Assembly: GCA_040755455.1 (NCBI GenBank)
Contig: JBFMAY010000028.1
Span: forward strand, 1 to 51,165
Direction of reading: 5' to 3'
Origin: Thermodesulfobacteriota bacterium
GTDB lineage: Bacteria; Desulfobacterota; Desulfobulbia; Desulfobulbales; SURF-16
Length of the DNA stretch: 51,165 nt
Below the pieces are notes generated by a model, which was not told the DNA's origin, did not search any database, and worked only from the letters and a program-made list of their open reading frames with translations. Each line of letters starts with the position of its first letter. The stretch's first letter is position 1. Of the stretch, positions 38,379 to 47,323 are shown piece after piece. The position numbers were made by a program, and so were the translations under genes.

Positions 38379-39518
38379 CTAAAATACAGGCACGTAGAAG
38401 AGATATTTCTGGTACCTGAAAATAACGCCATCAGTGGAAATCTCAGCCACTTCTAGGTCTGGGGCAAGCGTCTGCCCTTCCCGCAATATTTTGCCGTTGA
38501 TGCTTGCAAAGCGCGAGGCCGGTTTATCTTCGTAGAAGAGGTGCGCACTAATGTGAATGTCCGGCAGTTGCTGTCTTATGGCCCCGGGAAGCTGATCAAT
38601 GTGCAGGGCTTTTTTAGTCAAACCGCCTTTGGGCTCAACAGGGCTGGAATCCGCCGTTTCGGCAGGCCGGGGGCGCTGCGGCTGATCCTGCTCCGGTGTT
38701 TCGTTATCTTCTTCAGGGTGAGTGGCCGCAACCGGGCTGGCACTGGCATCCTCTTCCAGAGGGGCGATAGTGTTCGTCTCTTCTGCCGCGCCCGCCTGGG
38801 TATCCCCTTCCTGGGCATCTTCCGGCGGTTGCGGACCTGCTGCTGTTTCTCCATGAGACATGGGCGGTGCTGCGGCAGAATCTTGCCGGGAGGCGGCATC
38901 ATCTTCCGCCATGTTTGCCGCGGTGCTTTCATTCTCTGCGGCGGCAGGTTCGGATTGCAGGGGCTCGCGGCTGGCTGGCGAGGGTTCCGGCGTTGCTTGA
39001 GGAGCGATAGTGTTCGCCACTTTTGCAGCGCCCGCCTGGGTATCTTCTGCCTGGGCATCTTCCTGCGGTTGCGGGCCTGCTGCTGTTTCTTCATGCGCCA
39101 TGGGCGGTGCCGCGGCAGGATCTTGCCGGGAGGCGGCAACACCCCCCCCCATGTTTGCCGTGGTGCTTTCATCCTCTGCGGCGGCAGGTTCGGATTGCCG
39201 GGGCCCATGGCTGGCAGGGGAGGGTGCCGGCGTTGATTGAGGAGCGATCGCCTGCCGTCTCTCCTGAACCGTGTCCTGTTGCGCCTGACCAGAGCTGGGG
39301 ACGATGGCCTGCGTTTTTGTGGCCGGCTGCTTTTGGTGTATAACGAAAAAGAGGATGAAAATCACATTCGCAAGCACAAGCGCCGCAAGGGGTAAGAGCC
39401 ACGCTGCTTTTTTCTTTTTTGGCGGGGCAAGTTCCAGCTGGACAGTGTTCAGGTCAGGAACGCGCTCCTGCTGCCGCTGCTTATCAGACTTCTTAAGGGC
39501 GTCGAGAATATAGGACAT
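38379..39518 (-). CDS. gspB: Type II secretion accessory protein GspB/ExeB
   Basis: MSYILDALKKSD N-terminus, TM helix, low-complexity linker, C-terminal ISAHLFY...INGKILREG domain; follows gspA. Confidence 0.9.
   Translation of the reverse strand: MSYILDALKKSDKQRQQERVPDLNTVQLELAPPKKKKAAWLLPLAALVLANVIFILFFVIHQKQPATKTQAIVPSSGQAQQDTVQERRQAIAPQSTPAPSPASHGPRQSEPAAAEDESTTANMGGGVAASRQDPAAAPPMAHEETAAGPQPQEDAQAEDTQAGAAKVANTIAPQATPEPSPASREPLQSEPAAAENESTAANMAEDDAASRQDSAAAPPMSHGETAAGPQPPEDAQEGDTQAGAAEETNTIAPLEEDASASPVAATHPEEDNETPEQDQPQRPRPAETADSSPVEPKGGLTKKALHIDQLPGAIRQQLPDIHISAHLFYEDKPASRFASINGKILREGQTLAPDLEVAEISTDGVIFRYQKYLFYVPVF
38761..39249. repeat. Coding tandem duplication, 2 x 240 nt (80 aa), in the GspB linker
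   Basis: gg(a/g)gcgat recurs at 38761, 39001 and 39241; units read IAPQ..SEPAAAE.ESTxANM..ASRQD.AAAPPM.H.ETAAGPQP.EDAQ..DTQAGAA. Confidence 0.92.
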
Positions 39519-39519
39519 G

Positions 39520-41292
39520 TTAATTCTCCTTGCCCATGGCAACTAATCTGGGCGCTTTGCTGTCACCTGCCGCATCAAGATGAATGATGGTCAGCGGGCC
39601 AACGATGCCGTCCGGGACAAGATTTCTTTCAAACTGGAACTGCTTTACCTGACTGATCAGCACGTCATCATAGAGGACAGGTTTCCTGGCACTGACAGGC
39701 CGTTTCTGGATGAGGGCAAGTTTCTTATCCAGCCACTCCACCTCAGCGGCATGATTTTCCGGTTTGATGGCCGTGACATAGCCCTCCGGTTTTTCCCACA
39801 ACAGGCTGTATTCGCCATTCCAGTGTGCTTTGAAATCTTCGATGGAGACACGTTTGTGTTCAGTGCCGAAGGCCAGCTCGACGGACTGGCCGTCGAAAGA
39901 GATAATGGTTGCGTAAAAGCGTTCACCATTGTCATACAAGCTTAATATTGCAGGGCTATTGAGCGCAAGCAGGCCGTTGAAACTGCCTTCCTGATCAAGG
40001 TATCGCAAGTTGTGTGATTCAGCAATGGCGTGGGCAGAGGCGAGATCCGCCGGAACTTGAGTAATCCCCCAGCTGGCTAAAAGCGCCTGGTGGGCCATCA
40101 CCATGTTGGAGGGAGGGGGCACACCCTCAGGCCTCGTCAGCGGAGAAAGTGCCAGTGCCGGTGTGTTGGCGGCCGCGGCATCGATTTCTTCCGCCAGGGC
40201 CCCGTCTTCAGGGGCAGCGCTTTGCCGGGGAACCGCCGTAATGTCCTCAGCCTGTGGGGCCTCCTGCGCTGGCTGGGGAGACGGAAGCGATTCTGCCGCC
40301 CTCTGCGCTGCGTCTTTCCCCGGCTGGGTATTTTCGACCAGTCGCGTCATTGGGCCCTGCCCAGATAAAGTGTCTGGTCTTTGCGTAAGATAGACTGCCG
40401 CCAATACGGAGCCACCCAAGAGAAGCATGAGTCCTGCCATGAGCATACCTGACTTTTTTACTCTTTGCGCCGGCCGGTCGGCGGTTTCGCCGAAAACTTC
40501 CCGCGCCGCCTTTTTAATGGTCGCAATATCCACCTCGTCCTGGTCCTGCACGTAAGCTCCAAGCAGCGACCTGTCGCAAATAATATTGAGCAGGCGCGGG
40601 GTGCCGTTGGTTAACTTGAACAGGGTTTTAATGGTTGATTGCGGGAAGATTTTTTTGCGGGCACCGTTTATTGCCAATCGGTGGTCAATATAGGAGCCTA
40701 CTTCGCTTTCGGAGAGCGGGGTAAGGTGATACCTGGCGGTGATTCGTTGCGCGAGCTGGCGCAACCCCGGCTGCTCCAGCATGTGGATAAGTTCCGGCTG
40801 GCCCAGCAAAATGATCTGCAGAAGTTTTCGCTTGTTCGTTTCCAGGTTGGTAAGCAGGCGGATTTGTTCCAGAACATCGGTACTGAGATTCTGGGCTTCA
40901 TCAATAATGAGCACAGCCTTCCTGTCGTTTGCATGGGAATGGAGCAGGAAGCTGTTTATGTGATCAACATAAAATTTAATACTGTTTTGTTCTTTTTGAT
41001 GGTGGATGCCGAACTCATCGCAAATTGTCGCCAGCAGTTCTTCAACCGTGAGTTTGGGATTGAAAATAAACGCTATGTCCGTATTTTCCGGGACTTGCTC
41101 AAGAAGACAGCGGCAGATGGTTGTTTTTCCCGTGCCCACTTCACCGGTGAGCATGACAAAGCCGCCATCGACCCGCATGCCATAGAAAAGATGCGCCAGG
41201 GCCTCCTTATGGCGTTCGCTCATATAGAGGCAGTGCGGGTCCGGTGCAATGGAAAAGGGAGGTGCGGTAAAACCAAAATGTTCTTGATACAT
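39520..41292 (-). CDS. gspA: Type II secretion accessory ATPase GspA/ExeA with a peptidoglycan-binding domain
   Basis: PFSIAPDP, GEVGTGKTT, IIDEAQNL, LGQPEL, TM helix, C-terminal VKQFQ...DGIVGPLT. Confidence 0.95.
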   Translation of the reverse strand: MYQEHFGFTAPPFSIAPDPHCLYMSERHKEALAHLFYGMRVDGGFVMLTGEVGTGKTTICRCLLEQVPENTDIAFIFNPKLTVEELLATICDEFGIHHQKEQNSIKFYVDHINSFLLHSHANDRKAVLIIDEAQNLSTDVLEQIRLLTNLETNKRKLLQIILLGQPELIHMLEQPGLRQLAQRITARYHLTPLSESEVGSYIDHRLAINGARKKIFPQSTIKTLFKLTNGTPRLLNIICDRSLLGAYVQDQDEVDIATIKKAAREVFGETADRPAQRVKKSGMLMAGLMLLLGGSVLAAVYLTQRPDTLSGQGPMTRLVENTQPGKDAAQRAAESLPSPQPAQEAPQAEDITAVPRQSAAPEDGALAEEIDAAAANTPALALSPLTRPEGVPPPSNMVMAHQALLASWGITQVPADLASAHAIAESHNLRYLDQEGSFNGLLALNSPAILSLYDNGERFYATIISFDGQSVELAFGTEHKRVSIEDFKAHWNGEYSLLWEKPEGYVTAIKPENHAAEVEWLDKKLALIQKRPVSARKPVLYDDVLISQVKQFQFERNLVPDGIVGPLTIIHLDAAGDSKAPRLVAMGKEN

Positions 41293-41536
41293 AGGCGCTG
41301 TTAAACCAAAGGGGCTTTATATATTGGCACGTCCTCACGGGTAATGCTGGTTACTTTTAGGCTCCATTAGAAGATGATAGGGAGATGGTTTGACTTTTAC
41401 AAACACCGTAAAAGTCAAGAAAGGAACGTGATAATTCAAGACATTGCCAACATCTCATTTAATGATTCTGGTCTGGCTTTTTAGCGACTCATCATGAAAC
41501 AAAGGTCAAACGGCGACTTGACCCCTTTTTTCACTT

Positions 41537-41584
41537 CTGCTGCTCAAATCCTTGAATGAACATGGCCAGACCATCGTCATGGTG
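41537..41584 (+). pseudogene. Short remnant of a LolD/MacB-type ABC ATPase gene at the island border
   Basis: Reads LLLKSLNEHGQTIVMV, matching the segment before the H-loop (..LN..GQTIVMVTH), then breaks off. Confidence 0.45.
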
Positions 41585-41671
41585 AAGTCCGGCGTGATCG
41601 TGTGGATGCCGTACAAAGAACGATTGGTTTTATACACCTGGCAGACAAAAATAGAGCTTTTCAACAGACAG

Positions 41672-42550
41672 CTAGTGGCTGCATGCTACCTTGTCAACAA
41701 ACGCCTCTATCTCTTCTGGAATACGAGATTTTTCTTTAATGCGATTAGCCAAGAGTCCTTTTACATCAGCTTGGATTTTATGATGGACATGAAAAAACCT
41801 TTTCAGCAACGCCTTCCCATGAACCCGTCGCAATAAACCGTTTAGCCGTTCTTTAGCTGTCGCCCCCGGAGAATCAAATGCTGCAACCAATGAAAGGTGG
41901 TTTTCATACTCATCCTGCCCGTGTGGAGGCAGTTTGGGAATATAAATTTTCCGGATGTCGTCGGCCACTTCTTCGGCAGTGGAAAAACGATTAGTATACC
42001 CGTCGCCAGCACCTGCCAATTTGTGAAGATGCAATACGGCGTTGATCGTGGCGTGTGGCACCAGAACATGACAATGATCCAGTAATTCCTGGAAAACTTC
42101 TGGCAGGGCGCGTTTTGGTTTCATATTCAAGCCTGCTTGAATATGCTCTAATGCCTCACCGTCAGCAAGGTAGCTCTCCATTTCCCAGCGACAGAGCACT
42201 TTGATTTCATTGCCGAATGGTTTGGCTCGTTCGAAAGCCTCATCGTTAGTCTCATGAACAAGATCCCACCGTTCTTTACCCATGACTATGTCGCGATCCA
42301 CGATTCCCCACGCCGGATTCCCCGCCCGCCTTTCCATGTTTACGGCATCAAGTACGGCGTCACAACCATCGGTGGCGCATTTTACAGCCGCAGCTTTGAA
42401 TTCGAGTTTAGAAAGCCGATCCTTAAACCAGCATTCACCGTATACGTAATTATCCTCTTCAGACTCTACGTAAACGACAGGGACACCACCATAACGAGTG
42501 GCCAGTTTATCCGGCTCATTCAAGCCGGGATGAGATTTAACTGCGCCCAT
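41672..42550 (-). CDS. TOPRIM-fold (DUF4435/AriB/OLD-like) putative nuclease
   Basis: VVYVESEED (TOPRIM Glu), GIVDRD (DxD) and RWEMESYL (OLD/AriB-type ExEnYL); directly follows an ABC ATPase. Confidence 0.75.
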   Translation of the reverse strand: MGAVKSHPGLNEPDKLATRYGGVPVVYVESEEDNYVYGECWFKDRLSKLEFKAAAVKCATDGCDAVLDAVNMERRAGNPAWGIVDRDIVMGKERWDLVHETNDEAFERAKPFGNEIKVLCRWEMESYLADGEALEHIQAGLNMKPKRALPEVFQELLDHCHVLVPHATINAVLHLHKLAGAGDGYTNRFSTAEEVADDIRKIYIPKLPPHGQDEYENHLSLVAAFDSPGATAKERLNGLLRRVHGKALLKRFFHVHHKIQADVKGLLANRIKEKSRIPEEIEAFVDKVACSH

Positions 42551-42552
42551 TG

Positions 42553-43791
42553 TTAGCGTCCTTCTCCTCTTGTTTTTTCATCATAATCGACTTGTTTAGC
42601 GCGAGCCTCTGCTTCAATTTTTCTGGCACTCTGTTCTTCATCGGCTGTTTCGATGATGTAAGCACCTTTTCGTAGGTTCTCCTCGCTAATATTGAGGCCG
42701 AATGCCTTCATGATGCGCTCGGAATGGCTTGCCATCACAACCAAAACGCCGGGAAAATGCCTTTTGGCAATATCCATTAAAGAGTAAAGGGTTTCATACT
42801 GCCAATTGCGGTGTAGGTGCACTTCAGGTTCGTCCACCAACAAAATGGTATTACGTGTCATGTGCGCACCCAACCGCAAAAAGAGTTGAACCAAACTTTT
42901 TTCTCCGCTGGAAAGGCGGTCAAGCCGGTGCTCCTGTCCTTCAGCTTCGATAATGGCTTCCGGCGGTTCTTTGCGGACTCCTTCTAATCTTTTTCCAGCA
43001 GAAAGTTGTTTGTCGTCGACCTTAAATACCCGGTCGTTGATGGCCTTAACCGCAGCTTCAAAACGGCCATCGTCCAACCATTTCAGCCAAACCAACAGGT
43101 TATCGAGGGAGTCCCGCCAGTCTCGACCTTCCACGTTAAAAACATGAACCGGCTGGTAATTCCAATCGCGTGGCGCGACAATGGCTCGCTCCTCAATTGG
43201 CAAAGGGACAATATTACGGTAAGCGGAGAAATAGATGAGGGTCGGGTAGGTTAAGTCGTCACTTTCAAAACCGGATAAACGCGAACCGATATTTGTTTGA
43301 ATGAGTAAGTTGAAATCCATGACCCAGTCAACGTGGCGACCCACCATGCTATAGCGGCCAAAGGCATTACGCACAAAGCCGAACCGGAACCAACGACTGG
43401 CGCCATATTTTTTGAGGTCGGATTCACCCCAAGGCTTGAGAGAAACTTCTTCGCCCATGAAACCGGCAACCAGTGACAAGATAACGGTCTCTTTGCTTCC
43501 ACTCCGATTAAGCGTGACACGCACATCCCATTGGGCACGGCCTTGTTCTTTGTCAAAGGCTTCAAAGCCTAACTCCGAGCATTCGTCTTTCCCCAGCATA
43601 CCCATCATTGTGGCCAGTAATTCCATGATGGTGGTTTTCCCACGGCCATTTTTGGAAATCATCAAATACAGGTTGCACGGCTCATTATTTGCATCCGTGA
43701 AATCGAATTCCTCCATCCGCGATTGGAAGGGGCCAACGCGGTCCACATTGAGGAACAGAGATGCAAATTCTTCGACAAGAATATTGTTCAT
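42553..43791 (-). CDS. ABC/AAA_21-type ATPase (AriA/PtuA/OLD-like defence ATPase)
   Basis: SKNGRGKTT Walker A, YFSAYR, LSSGEKS signature, LLVDEPEVHLH Walker B/D-loop and ASHS H-loop; no TM partner. Confidence 0.88.
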   Translation of the reverse strand: MNNILVEEFASLFLNVDRVGPFQSRMEEFDFTDANNEPCNLYLMISKNGRGKTTIMELLATMMGMLGKDECSELGFEAFDKEQGRAQWDVRVTLNRSGSKETVILSLVAGFMGEEVSLKPWGESDLKKYGASRWFRFGFVRNAFGRYSMVGRHVDWVMDFNLLIQTNIGSRLSGFESDDLTYPTLIYFSAYRNIVPLPIEERAIVAPRDWNYQPVHVFNVEGRDWRDSLDNLLVWLKWLDDGRFEAAVKAINDRVFKVDDKQLSAGKRLEGVRKEPPEAIIEAEGQEHRLDRLSSGEKSLVQLFLRLGAHMTRNTILLVDEPEVHLHRNWQYETLYSLMDIAKRHFPGVLVVMASHSERIMKAFGLNISEENLRKGAYIIETADEEQSARKIEAEARAKQVDYDEKTRGEGR

Positions 43792-45278
43792 TTTTTAACC
43801 TCCTTCCTTACACTCCGAACGAGTCTGATGACATCTACTGGCTGTATGTTGGGACCATGCACCCGGACCGACTTTTCTCCAAGCCATTTCACCAACATGT
43901 CCCCTTTGCCGAGGAGTTTTTCCGCACCAGACTCATCAAGGATTATGCGAGAATCCGCTGCCTTCTGGACGGTCAGGGCAATGCGCGAGGGTACGTTGGA
44001 TCGTAGCAGACCGCTGAATGTTGCAGCGTCTGGCCGCTGTGTGGCGAGTATAAGGTGCATGCCTGCTGCGCGTGATTTTTGAGCAAGTCGCTCCAAGGGC
44101 TCTTCCGCTTCGGGAGCCTGTGCCAATAGATCAGCAAGTTCCTCAACAACAATAACCAAGCGTGGTGGTGCCGAATCGCCTAATGCGTGCCACTCTCTGG
44201 CACCACTTGAAGCGAGGAGTTTTTCACGCGATTCCATTTCACGCACAAGATTTTTAAGCCAACGGGCAGCCTCAACCCCATCGGTAATAACGGGGGAAAG
44301 TAACTGAGGTACACCCTGGTAGGCTGCAAGTTCCACCCGCTTGGGATCAATGAGCAATACCTGGAGCTTATTCTGTGGTTGATGGGTCAACAGGGATAAC
44401 AACAAAGCGTGTATACATACACTCTTGCCGCTCCCTGTGGTACCCGCCACCAGCAAATGTGGGGCTTCAATTAAATCGCGGACTACCGGCGCTCCGGCAA
44501 TATCCACACCCAATAAGATCGGCAAGCCTGCTTCCGGCACCTCCCAACTACCCAACAAGTCGGCCCCTACCGGAGTCCACTGTTGCATAGGCCGTGGAAC
44601 ATCCAACCAGATGGTTTTTGGTTCGCCGGCCGGGGACATAAATATCCCAGCGTCTTTGATGCCCAAGGTAAATTCCAAGTCTTCAAGCTTACGTTCCAAG
44701 CGGCTGAAATCCTCTGCGTCTGTCAGAAGTAGGGTGTGGCGGGTTACCCTGGGACCATCGCGGCTATCCAGCACTTCCGCCGTCAGTCCAAATTCTTCAA
44801 GGGCCTGTACAAGCTGTTTGGCCCCACGCTCTTGTTCTGGGGCAACCTCATGTTCAGTTTGGGCGGCGAAAAACTCCTGCAGTAAAAATTCATGAAAATC
44901 GTGGGATTCCCGCCACGATGTATGAATCTCCCTCAATCCTCTTCGAATATGTCGTTGCAGCAGCTGGCAATAAAGATCATCCTTGCCGAACAAGTCTTGG
45001 TGGTGGTAGACGGAAAGCAATACACGGAAGGCATCCACAAAACTGTCCGTTTCTTTTTGATCGCGTCCGGTTACTCTGTCGATGAAGTACTCTCCCCTCC
45101 CATCCTTGTCGCCATCCAGACTGTCAAAACTATCGGAAGGCTCCTCCTCCGTTTGCTTTAGGGAAAGCGCAAGAGCCACACGCAAAACTGTCCATTTGGG
45201 ACCTCGAGTGCGAAACCCATTTCGCAAGACCAGGTCGATGGTTTCCTCATCTTTACGGGAAGTGTAAATCTTGGCCAT
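43788..45278 (-). CDS. DndE-like N-terminal domain fused to an FtsK/SpoIIIE motor domain
   Basis: N-terminal IYTSRKDEE...WTVLRVALALSL...QRHIRRGL (DndE pattern, in the dndE position); C-terminal GPRVTR, PHLLVAGTTGSGKS, LIDPKRVEL, VEELADL, ATQRP and GAEKLLGKGDML. Confidence 0.8.
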   Translation of the reverse strand: MAKIYTSRKDEETIDLVLRNGFRTRGPKWTVLRVALALSLKQTEEEPSDSFDSLDGDKDGRGEYFIDRVTGRDQKETDSFVDAFRVLLSVYHHQDLFGKDDLYCQLLQRHIRRGLREIHTSWRESHDFHEFLLQEFFAAQTEHEVAPEQERGAKQLVQALEEFGLTAEVLDSRDGPRVTRHTLLLTDAEDFSRLERKLEDLEFTLGIKDAGIFMSPAGEPKTIWLDVPRPMQQWTPVGADLLGSWEVPEAGLPILLGVDIAGAPVVRDLIEAPHLLVAGTTGSGKSVCIHALLLSLLTHQPQNKLQVLLIDPKRVELAAYQGVPQLLSPVITDGVEAARWLKNLVREMESREKLLASSGAREWHALGDSAPPRLVIVVEELADLLAQAPEAEEPLERLAQKSRAAGMHLILATQRPDAATFSGLLRSNVPSRIALTVQKAADSRIILDESGAEKLLGKGDMLVKWLGEKSVRVHGPNIQPVDVIRLVRSVRKEVKK

Positions 45279-47323
45279 TAGTAATACCCTCCCTCTTCAA
45301 TCCGAGTGCGATCTCCCTCGGGATTGTCCAAACGATATTCTCGATACACATGAGGCTTGAGCAGGGCATATTTTTGACTATCCAATTCAGAGTCCGTGGG
45401 CAGCACGATCACTTGAGATCCGGCATTAGGGTAATAACGGGTGATGAGATTTTCTTGATGTTTGCGATCAATCCTGGCAAGGGGGGTATCCACTACAACC
45501 GGGGCCTCTTTACCCGAAACGTCTTTCAGCCCCCAGATCAACGATTGGGCAACCAATTGCTTCATGCCCGCTGAAATATTTCCCATGCCGACCGGTTCAC
45601 CCTGGGCATCAAGATAATGGAGGGAAAAATCATCGTTAACCCGAATGTGGCTGACCAGACTATGGGATGTCATCAGTTCAAGAAAGCGGGCATTGATGGC
45701 ATCTTCAATTTCTTTTCGGCGCCTCATTTTAAGCTTATTGCGGTACGAGGCGAGTGCATTTTTCAGCTTCATCGCTAACCCGAGCTTGTCGCGGGCGGCA
45801 TTGGCACCGACCAGCCGCCTCTCTTCTTGCTGAAATTTGGTTTGCTTTTGCCCCAACTCACGATTCAAATTGCGTTTTTGATCATCCAGTTCACCTGTTT
45901 TACGATGCAATTCTGCAAGATTACCTTTGAGCGCCTCACGTTCTACCATGCGCTGTTTGAATGCTTCCTGCTCCTGCGGAGCAAGGCTTGAGAGGTCATT
46001 GCGCTTACGCTCGATATTCGCCAATTCCGCTTTCAGCCTGCGAATATCCGAGAGTTCCTGAGCCCATTGTGAACGTTGGCGGTCATTGTGGGCACATTCG
46101 TCGACGATTCGCAATAGAGACTCTGCTTTTGAAGGTGCAAGATTGGGAAAAAGTCCTACTTTCGTGTCGGCTTCGTCGGGGCGATAGCTGGCGATAATAC
46201 GAGAGAGTTTACGCCGCAAGAAACCTTCTTGGCTTTCCGTAAGAGGGGGAGTGGGCAATGGCGGGTCGCTGAGTAGCCTGTCGGGCAACGTGGAAAAAAT
46301 TCGTTCGATTTCATCCCTAAGCCGTCGATTGGGATGCGAGGTAATTTTACCCAATTCCTGAACCGCTTCATGCATCAATAATGGGTGCAAAATCAATGGC
46401 GCTTGCCGGGTGAAAGCTTCAAAAAAAGTAAGTGCACGCTCTTCAAGCCGAGAAGATATCTCTCCTTGTTTGACGGCCAGACGGCCTTCTTCAGCTTGCA
46501 AAGCGAGCTGACGCCGAGCTTGGAGAGCGGTATCCGCCTGACGAATGGCATAGACTGTCTCCTCAATTTCCTCATTCACGGCTTGGCGATCCATGCCCAA
46601 CTTGGCGAGCTTTTCTTCTGTAGCCTGAATTTCGAGCAGAAGGGCATTGAGAGTATGCTGGCTGGCATCGTTGGAGGCGCGTCGCCATTGACTCAGATTA
46701 CGCCCCAAATATTCATCAAGAACGTCGATGTCAGCCAAATCCAGCAATTGCTCGATCTGATGCAATTGATTGTCACGATTCGCTTCGGCCAGTTGTTGGA
46801 CTTTCTCCCCGTCATAGATAAAAAACGGCATGATTGCATCAGGAAGCCTTGCCTGGATAAAGGCTCTCGCTTCTCCTTGAACATTACCATCATGATCCAG
46901 AGCTTCGAGTGGTGCGCCAAAATCAGACGAGACACGTAAGGTTTCGAAGGGCCTGTCTTGTTCCAACCGCCAAAAACGCTCTACAGTAACTTTTCCTCCC
47001 GTTTCGCGCCAGGTAAGCGATACGCCGAACTCTTTTTCGCCTGCTGCCCGTGCTTGGCGATTGAAAGCCCCTCTCCATTCGTCGCCCATGCCGAGAAGAT
47101 AAGCGTCTCGTTTTAGTTTCCGCCCGACATGGATGCTATCGCGGATTTCATCGGAAACACCACTAAGCAACAGTTTGAGACTGTTAAGAAAACTGGTCTT
47201 GCCATAGCCATTACGGCCCCAGATAAGCACAACATTGCGCCCATCTCCGGTTGGAGTTAAGTCGAATTCGCAGGGACCGAAGTAGGAAAACAGGTTGTGA
47301 ATTCGGAAACGTTCGAGAATCAT
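45278..47323 (-). CDS. dndD: DNA sulfur modification protein DndD (SMC-like ABC ATPase)
   Basis: NLFSYFG, GRNGYGKTS, FFIYDGEKV, long coiled coil, ISAGMKQL, VVDTPLARID, QVIVLPTDSE. Confidence 0.9.
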   Translation of the reverse strand: MILERFRIHNLFSYFGPCEFDLTPTGDGRNVVLIWGRNGYGKTSFLNSLKLLLSGVSDEIRDSIHVGRKLKRDAYLLGMGDEWRGAFNRQARAAGEKEFGVSLTWRETGGKVTVERFWRLEQDRPFETLRVSSDFGAPLEALDHDGNVQGEARAFIQARLPDAIMPFFIYDGEKVQQLAEANRDNQLHQIEQLLDLADIDVLDEYLGRNLSQWRRASNDASQHTLNALLLEIQATEEKLAKLGMDRQAVNEEIEETVYAIRQADTALQARRQLALQAEEGRLAVKQGEISSRLEERALTFFEAFTRQAPLILHPLLMHEAVQELGKITSHPNRRLRDEIERIFSTLPDRLLSDPPLPTPPLTESQEGFLRRKLSRIIASYRPDEADTKVGLFPNLAPSKAESLLRIVDECAHNDRQRSQWAQELSDIRRLKAELANIERKRNDLSSLAPQEQEAFKQRMVEREALKGNLAELHRKTGELDDQKRNLNRELGQKQTKFQQEERRLVGANAARDKLGLAMKLKNALASYRNKLKMRRRKEIEDAINARFLELMTSHSLVSHIRVNDDFSLHYLDAQGEPVGMGNISAGMKQLVAQSLIWGLKDVSGKEAPVVVDTPLARIDRKHQENLITRYYPNAGSQVIVLPTDSELDSQKYALLKPHVYREYRLDNPEGDRTRIEEGGYY

